51,027 bases of DNA from Terriglobia bacterium (GCA_041477005.1 JBGOUJ010000001.1:1-51027), one strand, 5' to 3'; numbered from the stretch's first letter, positions 42,554 through 51,027 are shown. Program-made: numbers and translations. Notes: generated from the sequence alone by a model not told the origin.

Positions 42554-45500
42554 GTGAATCGGCCAAGTCGCCTTTCCCTCGCCCAGGCTGCGAGAATCGC
42601 CCTGCTGGTTTTGTGCGCTGCGGTGTTTACCCTGCCGCTGCCCGCTCAAACGTTCTACGGATCAATGGTCGGCTCCGTCACCGACGCGTCCGGCGCCGCT
42701 GTGCCGGCTGCGGGCGTCACCCTCACCAACCTCGGCACGGGTGAGCGCCACGCCATACAGACCGACGGGTTTGGCAGCTACCAGTTCGTCAATCTCGTGC
42801 CCGGCCAGTACAAGGTCGAAGTGGAGAAGACCGGCTTCCGCCGTTTCGTCCGCGAGCCGATCACGGTCGAGGTGCAGAGCGCCGTCCGCATCGAGGTCGC
42901 CATGCAGGTTGGGGACGTGAACCAGGTGGTCGAAGTCACCTCGCAGACGCCGCTGCTGCAAACGGAAAGCGCGACTTTGGGCCAGGTGGTCGACGGCCGA
43001 AAAGTGCTCGAAGCGCCATTGAACGGGCGCAACATTTATAGCCTGGTCGCTCTGGTTCCGGGCGTCGTCCCCGGCGGGCAGTCGGGAATCACTCCCACCG
43101 GCACGAATCCCTTCGCCTGGGGCAATTATCAGATCGGCGGCGGACAGTCCAACGAGAGCGCCGCGTTCATCGACGGCGCCCCGGTCAATACGGCCTACGA
43201 CAATCTGACGTCGTTGGTTCCGACGCAGGATGCGATTCAGGAGTTCCGGGTTCAGACCAACAATCTCGGCCCCGAGTTTGGCCGCCTGGCGGGCGGGGCG
43301 ATCAACCTCACGACGAAATCCGGCACCAATGCCTTCCACGGCAGCGCTTACGAGTTCTTGCGCAACAAAGTTCTCAACGCCAACACGTTTTTCAACAACA
43401 AAGCCGGTATCGCCCGCCCGGCTTTCACGCAGAATCAATATGGAGTGAACGTCGGCGGCCCGGTCCAGAAGGACAAGACGTTTTTCTTCTTCGGCTACGA
43501 GGGCTTCAAACTCCGCCAGGGCCAGTCGTATGTTTACACCGTCCCCACGGATGCGCAACGCAGCGGCGACTTCTCCAACGTCCGCAACGGCAGCGGCGCG
43601 GTCATCCCGATCTACGATACGTTGACCACGTGCGGCCGGCTCGGCAACGCCGCCTGCGCGACCAACGCCAGCGGCGCTGAAGTCATTACGCGGACGCAAT
43701 TTCCCGGCAACGTGATTCCCGCCAGCCGCATCGACCCCACCGCCAAGGTGATGGCCAATCTCTGGGGGCGCGCCGACACGGCCGGCACGCCGTTCACCGC
43801 CGTCAACAACTACACCGCCAACGCCAGCGTCGGCGGCCAAAACTACCAGTACAACGCACGCGTCGATCGCAACGTCTCCGACAAGCAGCGCGTTTTCATC
43901 CGCTACACCTACTGGAACAATCTCAACCTGGCCATCGATCCCTACAAGACGAAAACGTGCGTAGACAGGTGCACCGAGACGTTCAACACCAACCAGGGCG
44001 TGATCGCCGACACCTACTCCTTCTCGCCCACCACGATCGGCGATTTCCGCATTGCCTACCTGCGTTTCAGCTACGACCGGACTCCCCTCACCCTGGGATA
44101 CGACTTGACCCAGCTCGGCTGGCCCGCCGCGCTGAACAACCAGGTCGCTTTCCGTGTGCAGCCGATCCCCCTAGTCACCGGCTATAACGGCGTCTTCAGC
44201 ACCAGCGGCACCGGCAGCACCATCGTCGACCGCGATGACAGCTATTCCGCCGCCCCCAGTCTCACCAAGATCGCCGGCAAGCACACGCTCAAGTTCGGCG
44301 CCGAAATACGCCGCCTCACGCACAACTACTACCAGCAAAACAATCCTTCCGGCTCCTTCAACTTCGACTCGAACATGACGACGGCCAGTCCGTTCGCGCC
44401 TTCGGGTGGCGACGGCTTTGCTTCGTTCCTGCTGGGATTCGGCAGCGGTGGCGGCCTCACCATGAACTCTTTTGTCGCCGGCCAGATGATTTACCGCGCC
44501 TACTATGCGGGCGACCAATACCAGCTCAACTCGCGCCTCACGCTGAACTACGGCATTCGATTGGATCAGATGGGACCGTGGTCGGAACGATTCGATCGCC
44601 TGTCGGTGCTGATTCCGAACGCCGATAATCCGCTTGCCGCTGTCACGGGCCTGCCCCTCAAGGGCAAGTTCGGCCTTGTGAATTCGCCCGACCGGACGAG
44701 CCGCAACAACACGGACCTCCACAACCTTCCCGCTCCCCGTTTCGGCTTGGCCTATCGGGTCCTGAGCAAAACCGTCATTCGCACAGGCTACGGCATCTTC
44801 TGGATTCCAAACGAGGTCGCCAACACCGGCCCCCAAAGCGACCCCGTCAACGCCTACACGACACCATTTGTCGGAACTACCGATGGCTCGCTCACTCCGC
44901 TCAACCGTTTGAGCAATCCCTTCCCAACCGGGATCATCCCGGCGCCTGGCCACAACGCGAATTTCCAGCAGCTTTTCGTGGGCCAAGGTTTTTCCGCCTC
45001 ACTCCCGCACGACCCCTCCGCGTATGCGCAGCAGTGGAACTTCGGTATCCAACACGAGTTGCCTGGCAGTGTCGCCGTCGAGCTGGACTACGCCGGTTCT
45101 AAAGGCACTCACCTCCCTGGCCCGGCCCAGCAACTCGATCAACTTCCCGATCAGTTTCTAAGCATGGGGGCGGCGCTGCAGCAGCAAGTGCCCAATCCGT
45201 TCTTCGGACTGGTCCAGGTTGGGACCTTGGCCAACCCTACAGTAGCTCGCGGACAGCTCCTGCGGCCGTTCCCGGAGTACAACGGGTATTCGGTTCTTTC
45301 GCCGATGGACCGCAATTCCATCTATCACTCGGCTCAGGTCAAGGTGGAGAAGCGGTTCAGCAAGGGTGGCTCGCTTTTGGGCTCTTACACCTGGGCGAAA
45401 CTGATCAGCGACACGGACACGCTGACGGCGTGGCTGGAGCCGAACGGCGGCGCCAGCGTGCAGAACAGCAACAATCTCAAGCTGGAGCGCTCGCTCGTCA

Positions 45501-46066
45501 ACTACGATGTGGCCCACCGGCTGGTGGTCAGCTACGCCCTGGATCTGCCCTTCGGCAAAGGCCAGCGATACCTCTCCGCACTGACGGGCCCCGCCGGCAA
45601 GATCGTTTATGGATGGGGCATCAACGGTGTCGCCACGTTCCAGTCCGGCACGCCGCTGCCCCTTACGGACGCGGTGAACCTGACCAACTCCTTCGGTGGC
45701 GGTTCGCGTCCGAACAGCACCGGACAGAGCGCTCAGTTGAGTGGCTCGGCGCAATCCCGGCTCAGTGGCTGGTTCAGCACATCGGCCTTCACCCTGCCGC
45801 CGGCCTTCACTTTCGGCAATCTGGCGCGCACCGTGCCGGACGTGCGAGGGCCCGGCATCAACAATTTCGACTTCGCGCTGTTCAAGAACACGCCCCTGGT
45901 GGGGGAACGCGTCGGGCTGCAGTTTCGAACGGAGATTTTCAACGTCTTTAACCGTGTTCAGTTCAATCCCCCGGGACTCTCCCTCGGCACTGCGCAATTC
46001 GGGGTGGTCAGCGGCCAGTACAACAACCCCCGCCTGATCCAGTTCGCGTTGCGCGTGTTGTTTTAA
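42554..46066 (+). CDS. TonB-dependent outer-membrane receptor with carboxypeptidase-regulatory-like domain (paralog of 7489..10875)
   Basis: 1170-aa ORF with a GTG start and signal peptide IALLVLCAAVFTLPLPAQ. FYGSMVGSVTDASGAAVPAAGVTLTNLGTGERHAIQTDGFGSYQFVNLVPGQYKVEVEKTGF is the N-terminal domain. The C-terminus is ...IQFALRVLF. Confidence 0.9.
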   Translation: MNRPSRLSLAQAARIALLVLCAAVFTLPLPAQTFYGSMVGSVTDASGAAVPAAGVTLTNLGTGERHAIQTDGFGSYQFVNLVPGQYKVEVEKTGFRRFVREPITVEVQSAVRIEVAMQVGDVNQVVEVTSQTPLLQTESATLGQVVDGRKVLEAPLNGRNIYSLVALVPGVVPGGQSGITPTGTNPFAWGNYQIGGGQSNESAAFIDGAPVNTAYDNLTSLVPTQDAIQEFRVQTNNLGPEFGRLAGGAINLTTKSGTNAFHGSAYEFLRNKVLNANTFFNNKAGIARPAFTQNQYGVNVGGPVQKDKTFFFFGYEGFKLRQGQSYVYTVPTDAQRSGDFSNVRNGSGAVIPIYDTLTTCGRLGNAACATNASGAEVITRTQFPGNVIPASRIDPTAKVMANLWGRADTAGTPFTAVNNYTANASVGGQNYQYNARVDRNVSDKQRVFIRYTYWNNLNLAIDPYKTKTCVDRCTETFNTNQGVIADTYSFSPTTIGDFRIAYLRFSYDRTPLTLGYDLTQLGWPAALNNQVAFRVQPIPLVTGYNGVFSTSGTGSTIVDRDDSYSAAPSLTKIAGKHTLKFGAEIRRLTHNYYQQNNPSGSFNFDSNMTTASPFAPSGGDGFASFLLGFGSGGGLTMNSFVAGQMIYRAYYAGDQYQLNSRLTLNYGIRLDQMGPWSERFDRLSVLIPNADNPLAAVTGLPLKGKFGLVNSPDRTSRNNTDLHNLPAPRFGLAYRVLSKTVIRTGYGIFWIPNEVANTGPQSDPVNAYTTPFVGTTDGSLTPLNRLSNPFPTGIIPAPGHNANFQQLFVGQGFSASLPHDPSAYAQQWNFGIQHELPGSVAVELDYAGSKGTHLPGPAQQLDQLPDQFLSMGAALQQQVPNPFFGLVQVGTLANPTVARGQLLRPFPEYNGYSVLSPMDRNSIYHSAQVKVEKRFSKGGSLLGSYTWAKLISDTDTLTAWLEPNGGASVQNSNNLKLERSLVNYDVAHRLVVSYALDLPFGKGQRYLSALTGPAGKIVYGWGINGVATFQSGTPLPLTDAVNLTNSFGGGSRPNSTGQSAQLSGSAQSRLSGWFSTSAFTLPPAFTFGNLARTVPDVRGPGINNFDFALFKNTPLVGERVGLQFRTEIFNVFNRVQFNPPGLSLGTAQFGVVSGQYNNPRLIQFALRVLF

Positions 46067-46076
46067 TATGGACTGA

Positions 46077-47693
46077 ATGCGGCGGTGCCTGATCCCGCTT
46101 TTCCTCGGCGTCGCGATTTTGGCCTTCGCGACGCCGGGTTTTGAATTGTTCCACCCTGCTGGCATCGATTTCACGCTTCGCAATTCCCCCACCGCCCAGA
46201 AGTACCTGATCGAAACGATGGGCGGCGGTGTTGCTCTGCTCGATTACAACAACGACGGCCTTCTCGACGTCTTTCTCGTGAATGGCGGGAAGCTGGGAGA
46301 TCCGGTGAAGCTCCCCGCCAATTATTCGCGACGCGATCCGGCATTTTGGAACCGCCTCTACCGTCAGAACGCCGGCGGGACCTTCACCGACGTTACGGCC
46401 GCCGCGGGCCTGGCGGACGCCGGCAACAACTATGGGATGGGCGTGGCGGTGGGCGACTACAACAACGACGGTTTTCCTGACCTCTATGTGACCAACTACG
46501 GGCGGAATACGCTGTATCGCAACAACGGCGATGGAACGTTCACCGACGTGACGGCGGAAGCGGGAGTGGGAGTCGGCGGCTGGTCGGCATCGGCCGGATT
46601 CTTCGATTACGATAACGATGGACGCCTGGACCTGTTCGTGACGCGGTACCTCGATTGGGACATCAGCCGGAACATCCTGTGCGGAACGCCGTTCAACGCC
46701 TATTGCCGGCCGGACAAGTTCGGCCCGGTGACCAACGTGCTCCTCCATAATGAGGGCGGGCGGTTTCGCGACGTTAGCGCAACGTCCGGCATCGCCGTGG
46801 TGAAGGGCAAAGCGCTCGGGGTGGCGTTTAACGATTACGACGGCGATGGCTTCGCCGACATCTTCGTCGCCAATGACGGCATGGAACAGTTTCTGTTCCA
46901 CAACAAGCGGAACGGCACGTTCGAAGAGCGGGCGCTGGAGGCCGGCGTGGCGCTTTCGGATGACGGCAAGCCGTTCGCGGGCATGGGCGTGGCCTTTGCC
47001 GACTACGACAACGACGGCCGGCCGGACATCGCGGTGACCAACCTTGCCCTGGACAAGTACGCGCTGTACCGGAACGAGGGCGGCGGGCAGTTCCGTTATG
47101 CAAGTCTGACGACCGGCCTCGCGGCCCAGACCGCTCGCAGCTCCGGATGGGGAGTGGGACTCTACGACTTCGATAACGACGGTTGGAAGGACCTGTTTGT
47201 GGCGCAGAGCCACGTGCTCGACAACGTGGAGAGGATCAATTCGGGACTGCGTTACCTGGAACCTCCCGCGCTCTTCCGCAATGTGGCGGGACGGTTCGAG
47301 AAGGTCGAGCTTCCGGAGATGCCGGGCGTGGCCGGACGGGGCGCGGCCTTTGGAGATCTGAACAATGATGGCTATGTGGACGTAGTGGTGTCGGTGCTGG
47401 GCGGCCATCCGTTGGTGTTTCTCAATCGTGGCGGCAAGAACCACTGGCTGACACTGAAGCTTGTGGGTGTCCAAAGCAATCGGGATGGATTAGGCGCCAG
47501 GGTGAGGGTGGGAAGCCAGTGGGCTTACGCGACGACGTCGGGCAGTTATCTCTCGGCGAGCGATGCGCGCGTGCATTTCGGCTTGGGTCGGGCCTTGCAG
47601 GCGACAGTGGAAATCCTCTGGCCCAGCGGAAAGAAACAGGTCCTCGAAAACGTGGCGGCCGATCGGATCGTGACGGTCAAGGAGACGCAGTGA
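46077..47693 (+). CDS. CRTAC1-family protein (FG-GAP/VCBS repeats + ASPIC/UnbV C-terminal domain)
   Basis: 538-aa ORF with repeated DYNNDGxxDLxV..., YRNNGDGTFTDVT units. C-terminal GLGARVRV...SGSYLSASDARVHFGLG...VEILWPSGK. Confidence 0.9.
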   Translation: MRRCLIPLFLGVAILAFATPGFELFHPAGIDFTLRNSPTAQKYLIETMGGGVALLDYNNDGLLDVFLVNGGKLGDPVKLPANYSRRDPAFWNRLYRQNAGGTFTDVTAAAGLADAGNNYGMGVAVGDYNNDGFPDLYVTNYGRNTLYRNNGDGTFTDVTAEAGVGVGGWSASAGFFDYDNDGRLDLFVTRYLDWDISRNILCGTPFNAYCRPDKFGPVTNVLLHNEGGRFRDVSATSGIAVVKGKALGVAFNDYDGDGFADIFVANDGMEQFLFHNKRNGTFEERALEAGVALSDDGKPFAGMGVAFADYDNDGRPDIAVTNLALDKYALYRNEGGGQFRYASLTTGLAAQTARSSGWGVGLYDFDNDGWKDLFVAQSHVLDNVERINSGLRYLEPPALFRNVAGRFEKVELPEMPGVAGRGAAFGDLNNDGYVDVVVSVLGGHPLVFLNRGGKNHWLTLKLVGVQSNRDGLGARVRVGSQWAYATTSGSYLSASDARVHFGLGRALQATVEILWPSGKKQVLENVAADRIVTVKETQ

Positions 47694-48739
47694 TTACGGC
47701 CGCGGCGCTGGTCCTGATATTGGCGTTGCAGGTATCGCCGGAGCTGACGCAGCATGTCAACGCCGGGCTAAAGGCCAAGAACGCCGGCGACCTGGATACC
47801 GCCATCCGCGAGTTCCAGCGCGTCGCAGAGATCGCCCCGGAGATGCCTGCGGCGCATGTCAACCTGGGCGCCGTCTACCTGGCGAAGAAAGATTACCGCG
47901 ATGCGATTCCGCCGTTGCGAAGGGCGCTGGAACTGAATCCGGACCTGCCGGGCGCGCATGGCATGCTGGGAACAGCGTTGCTGGCGCTGGGTTACGCGTC
48001 GGAGTCGCTTCCGCATTTGGAGAAAGCCGGGGCCGACGACCTGTTGGGCGTGGCGTTGCTCGAGACGGGTCGAGTCCGCGAGGCGGTGGATAAGTTGGAA
48101 GCGGCGCTCGAGAAGCGGCCCGGCGACCCCGATCTGCTCTACTATCTGACCCAGGCGCATGGACGATTGTCCAAGCAGGTGTTTGACCGGCTGGTGGAGC
48201 TGAGTCCGGATTCGCCCCGCACGCGGCAACTGCTGGGGGAGGCGCATGCGGCAGCGGGAAACCGCGACGCAGCGGAGAAGGATTTTCGTGCCGCGCTCGC
48301 AATGCGGCCAGACTCGCGCGGCATCCATTATTCGCTGGGCGAGCTGTACCTCGGCTCGGGAGATTACCAGGGCGCCGAGCGGGAGTTCCGGGAAGAGGCC
48401 CGGTTGGCTCCCGGTTCCGCCGCCGCCGCGTGCAAGCTGGGATCTGTGCTCTTGAATCTCGGCCGGATTCCCGACGCGCTGGCAGAACTCAAGCGCGCCA
48501 ATGCGCTCCAGCCGGACATGCCCGAAACATTGCTCGAATTGGGCAAAGCGACCGCCGCGTCGGGAGATCCTGCTGCGGCGGAGAAACTGCTGCGCCGGGT
48601 GACCGAGCAGGAGCAGGTGTCGAGCCTTGCCGAGTCCGCCCACTATCAACTGGCCCAGATTTACCGCACATTAGGGCGCCCCGCGGACGCCGACCGGGAG
48701 ACGAAACTGTTTCAGAAGCTGCGCCAGGCGCGAAAGTGA
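47690..48739 (+). CDS. tetratricopeptide-repeat protein
   Basis: GTG 47690 overlaps the CRTAC1 stop (GTGA). (V)ITAAALVLILALQVSPE is a signal/anchor, followed by serial TPR units (DLDTAIREFQRVAEIAPEMPAAHVNLGAVYLAKKDYRDAIPPLRRALELNPD...). The upstream part of track ORF 47519 overlaps CRTAC1 and is rejected. Confidence 0.85.
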   Translation: MITAAALVLILALQVSPELTQHVNAGLKAKNAGDLDTAIREFQRVAEIAPEMPAAHVNLGAVYLAKKDYRDAIPPLRRALELNPDLPGAHGMLGTALLALGYASESLPHLEKAGADDLLGVALLETGRVREAVDKLEAALEKRPGDPDLLYYLTQAHGRLSKQVFDRLVELSPDSPRTRQLLGEAHAAAGNRDAAEKDFRAALAMRPDSRGIHYSLGELYLGSGDYQGAEREFREEARLAPGSAAAACKLGSVLLNLGRIPDALAELKRANALQPDMPETLLELGKATAASGDPAAAEKLLRRVTEQEQVSSLAESAHYQLAQIYRTLGRPADADRETKLFQKLRQARK

Positions 48740-48848
48740 GAACAGTCCGTAAAGTGATGAAACGGGTTTTGGCAGCGCGATAGTCGAGATCCGCCTTCCC
48801 AACCCAATCCCGCACCAGATCACGCAGAACCTCCTCAGGCGGCCTCAT
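48740..48848 (-). pseudogene. HEPN-domain gene remnant (only about the first 30 codons look genuine)
   Basis: MRPPEEVLRDLVRDWVGKADLDYRAAKT is a typical HEPN helix-1 (W..kA..Dl..A). Its ATG 48848 overlaps the MNT stop by 14 nt, as in MNT-HEPN operons. The rest of track ORF 48489..48848 runs antisense through the TPR gene end and looks like noise. Confidence 0.45.
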
Positions 48849-49164
48849 AAATCACCCGGCCGTATTTGTGGGCCGGATACGCAAGGCCGCCGAAGATGTT
48901 CTTCGACTCCTCGAAGTGCTCCGTGGCGATCACGAATACGTCGATCGGGAGCTGGAGATCGCCGAGCGACTCCGCGATCCGGTTCCTTTGCTCGCGGGTA
49001 TCGGAGGGCGAGTGTTCCACCACCAGGATGTCGACGTCGCTGTCGCGGGTCATTTGGCCCATCGCGGCCGAACCGAACAGGATGATGCGGTCCGGCTTTG
49101 CGATGCTGAGTACGCGCCGACGATCTCCTGGGTAAGATGCTCGTCGATTCCCATCATCACACAT
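48835..49164 (-). CDS. MNT-type nucleotidyltransferase (minimal nucleotidyltransferase, antitoxin-like)
   Basis: PDRIILFGSAAMGQMTRDSDVDILVV is the GSxxxGxxxxxSDxDxxV motif. The N-terminus looks frameshifted: an adjacent frame reads MMGIDEHLTQEIV just before the RRVLSIAKPDRIILFGS segment. Confidence 0.75.
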   Translation of the reverse strand: MCDDGNRRASYPGDRRRVLSIAKPDRIILFGSAAMGQMTRDSDVDILVVEHSPSDTREQRNRIAESLGDLQLPIDVFVIATEHFEESKNIFGGLAYPAHKYGRVIYEAA

Positions 49165-49689
49165 GATACGCTACGCCGCCGCCGTTTAGCCTGCGTCTCG
49201 TCAGCGAGAACAGCGAGACGGACGGACCGGCTAACCAGAGCGGGCCGCTGGCGCCTGCGCCGGTTCTTGAAGAGCGGAAGGTGCCATAGGGAGTAGTTTC
49301 TTTCCGAGAGGTTACATGGCCCAGGAGGCGAAGAGCATCCTGTTCGAAAACCCAGCGCTCATGCGCCCGTGCGAGCTGCTGCATCACCACGGTCATCCGC
49401 GAGGTTTGGGCGGCGTAACTGAACGGCTTCCAGGGTCCGGGACCTGGCCGTCTCGGCGGCGCTCTTGATGGCCTCGGCGAGGAGATTGCCGGCGACGACC
49501 CCCTTGGCCGCACTCACGGCAGTGGTCTCGATGCCCGACAGCCCGGTGTTGACGCTCTTGATGGAGGCGTTGGCCTTGTCGGCGTTGCGTACACCACCGA
49601 GAGACTCGTTTCGGCGCGACTCCTGTCGTCATTTCCGCATCCTACATAGCGACCGGCTCCATGGCTGCAGTGGCTGCATCCACTGAAGA

Positions 49690-49718
49690 TTGACACGTGG
49701 TCTGCACTCTGGTAGCCT
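49690..49718 (+). promoter_or_regulatory. candidate sigma70 promoter (TTGACA-N17-TAGCCT) for the edge operon
   Basis: TTGACA at 49690-49695 and TAGCCT at 49713-49718. GAGGAG at 49727-49732 lies 5 nt before ATG 49738. Confidence 0.45.
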
Positions 49719-49737
49719 CACGCCTTGAGGAGAGTAA

Positions 49738-50526
49738 ATGCCGGTTGACCGTCTCGAAAAGGCACTCGCCAAGACCGAGGCTGACGCTGACGCCGCTCTG
49801 AAGGCAGCCACGGCCGCGGTCGGCGCATTAAAGAAGTTCCGTGCGGTCGTGCGCCTTGGTAATCTCCGAGAGTTGCGCAAGACAATTGAGGCGGCGGACA
49901 AGGCCACGACCACCTTGAGACAGCAATTCGTAAATGCCAAAGAAGGCTGGGATTTCGATGAAGACGCCTACTTGTCCAGCGGCGACTTTCAAAAGGAGCT
50001 TCTGGAAACTGCCCGACAAAGCGCTGTGAACATTTTTGAGCAGGACGAGCGTCTCTACTGCTACCCTCTGCTGATTCGGCTTTTACCTGGGGAACGGTCG
50101 ATCCTGGTTGATAAGGCTAAAGAGAGGCGGCTGCGTCCTTCCGTATTGGTCGCCCACCTGAAGGAATTGCAAAACAAGCCGGTGCGATTCAAGGCGGAGG
50201 CGTTCCTGGAGTGCCTGTTCTCGGCCTACTCCCAGCTCGTCGCCGCCCGAGGTACGGATCTGCTCGGCACAGGGCACGTCATCAAACTCCGCGACGTTTA
50301 TCGCCTGCTTACACTCTTGCCCGACCAGTCCAGGGAGTACCCTCTCCCGGAATTCGGGCGCGACGTCTACCTACTCCATGAGAGGGGGATCACCCGGACT
50401 AACGGCGGTCAGATCGTTAGCTTCCACGCGAGCACCGCAACAAGATCCCCCGGTGCCACGATCACTGTGATAACACAGGACGGCCGGGAGAAGAAGTACT
50501 ACGGGATCTGCTTCACGCAGGCGTGA
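49738..50526 (+). CDS. hypothetical protein (coiled-coil N-terminus + conserved-looking globular domain), first gene of an operon
   Basis: 262-aa ORF with a strong RBS. An Ala/Lys-rich helical N-terminus is followed by ...ERLYCYPLLIRLLPGERSILVDKAKERRLRPSVLVAHLKELQNKPVRFKAEAFLECLFSAYSQLV.... I can name no family. G+C is visibly lower than the core genes. Confidence 0.7.
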   Translation: MPVDRLEKALAKTEADADAALKAATAAVGALKKFRAVVRLGNLRELRKTIEAADKATTTLRQQFVNAKEGWDFDEDAYLSSGDFQKELLETARQSAVNIFEQDERLYCYPLLIRLLPGERSILVDKAKERRLRPSVLVAHLKELQNKPVRFKAEAFLECLFSAYSQLVAARGTDLLGTGHVIKLRDVYRLLTLLPDQSREYPLPEFGRDVYLLHERGITRTNGGQIVSFHASTATRSPGATITVITQDGREKKYYGICFTQA

Positions 50527-50549
50527 TTTGGTAGGCTTTTGGAGTGTCT

Positions 50550-51027
50550 ATGAAACCGCAGGACTGGTTGAGCATTGTCCGCCGGGAATACTTGCAAGAG
50601 TTCATCGGTCGCGGCGGGGCGGCCGTGAAATTCGTGGTGCCGGCGGAGGTGGCCGCTCACGCGCAATTGCGTAAGGAGCTAAGCATCGTAGCCGAGGAAG
50701 AGGGGTTCTTGTTCTCATTTGTCGATGCCGCCTCCACGAAGATCCACATGGTCGACAAGCTTTTTCACGCAGTTGCCCGGCAAGTCGATTGGGATGGCAT
50801 GGCCCGTTCTCTCGTCACTCAGCTCTTCAGAGAAAACAGCTACTCTCTGCCGTCTGAACCCGATCAGTTCAATCTTCACCAGATAGCTTTGCTGAACAAC
50901 CGTGAAGAGAACTTTCTCCGAAAGGAGTTTCAGACCTGGCTTGAGAAAAAGATTTATCAGGACTTTGAAATGAGCCAGGAGTTCCGGATTGCGATGATCC
51001 ATTTGTGCCGAGACCAAGTAGAGCCAG
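50550..51027 (+). CDS. hypothetical protein, N-terminal 159 codons only (runs off the window)
   Basis: ATG 50550 lies 5 nt after GGAG (50541-50544). The frame is open to the window end: MKPQDWLSIVRREYLQEFIGRGGAAVKFVVPAEVAAHAQLRKELSIVAEEEGFLFSFVDAASTKIHMVDKLFHAVARQVDW.... It is not in the ORF track because no stop is reached. The antisense ORF 50715..51017 is rejected. Confidence 0.7.
   Translation, partial: MKPQDWLSIVRREYLQEFIGRGGAAVKFVVPAEVAAHAQLRKELSIVAEEEGFLFSFVDAASTKIHMVDKLFHAVARQVDWDGMARSLVTQLFRENSYSLPSEPDQFNLHQIALLNNREENFLRKEFQTWLEKKIYQDFEMSQEFRIAMIHLCRDQVEP

Noticed and set aside
41963-42566. ORFs 41963..42442 (+, 159 aa) and 42033..42566 (-, 177 aa) inside and right of the cassette
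   Set aside because: Neither has a recognisable domain or RBS. The plus ORF is only meaningful in its last 11 codons, which are the orphan copy of the cytochrome gene end. The minus ORF runs through the TonB promoter and the GATCAAAAA repeats.
46008-47474. 488-aa reverse ORF opposite the CRTAC1 gene. The same applies to 39420..40691, 23190..24656, 12325..13404, 13368..14426, 15395..16360 and 16566..17516
   Set aside because: All are antisense to genes with strong domain evidence and show the typical Arg/Gly/His/Pro bias of out-of-frame high-G+C sequence.
49157-49632. ORFs 49157..49513 (-, 118 aa) and 49393..49632 (-, 79 aa) as real genes
   Set aside because: Their translations are Arg/Pro/Ser-rich, lack an RBS and overlap each other. 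A third, start-less frame looks more protein-like (reported as a fragment). The region is treated as gene debris.
50715-51017. 100-aa reverse ORF at the right edge
   Set aside because: It is antisense to the open plus-strand frame starting at ATG 50550, which has an RBS and follows the upstream gene by 23 nt.

Overview
High-G+C bacterial chromosome segment. No search was run, so the taxonomy is inference. The gene content points to Acidobacteriota of the Solibacter/Bryobacter type: a TIGR03437-type C-terminal domain protein, >1100-aa CarboxypepD_reg-type TonB-dependent receptors, CRTAC1/ASPIC-UnbV + TPR cassettes, and many Tat-signal enzymes. Layout: 1-3.1 kb, an ORF6N gene next to a decapitated secreted repeat protein. 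3.1-14.3 kb, exported sugar/sugar-acid enzymes plus a TonB-dependent receptor. 14.3-16.4 kb, NUDIX, bactofilin, methyltransferase. 16.6-26.7 kb, an alpha-2-macroglobulin locus (TPR, DUF1175, thioester A2M, membrane protein) converging on a yggX / transpeptidase-only PBP / SpoIID-metallopeptidase operon. 26.7-36.1 kb, a housekeeping block (DUF255 thioredoxin-like, acyP, apt, ispE, prs, rplY, pth, rpsF, rpsR, rplI, SDR) whose intergenic gaps carry unusual tandem-repeat hairpins. 36.1-37.0 kb, a small HTH + TIR/deoxyribosyltransferase-like pair. 37-41.2 kb, methyltransferase, sulfatase, heptahaem cytochrome-TPR fusion. 41.2-42.4 kb, a 1.2-kb cassette (HNH nuclease + overlapping small partner + antitoxin-like fragments) bracketed by a 33-nt direct repeat of the cytochrome gene 3' end. 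42.5-48.7 kb, a second TonB receptor, CRTAC1, TPR. From 48.7 kb to the window end, an accessory patch: truncated HEPN, MNT nucleotidyltransferase, gene debris, then a new operon cut by the window edge. No rRNA, tRNA or CRISPR array was seen by eye. The best candidates for something undescribed are the repeat-bracketed HNH/small-protein cassette, the HTH + TIR-like pair, the edge operon at 49.7 kb, and the hybrid A2M locus.
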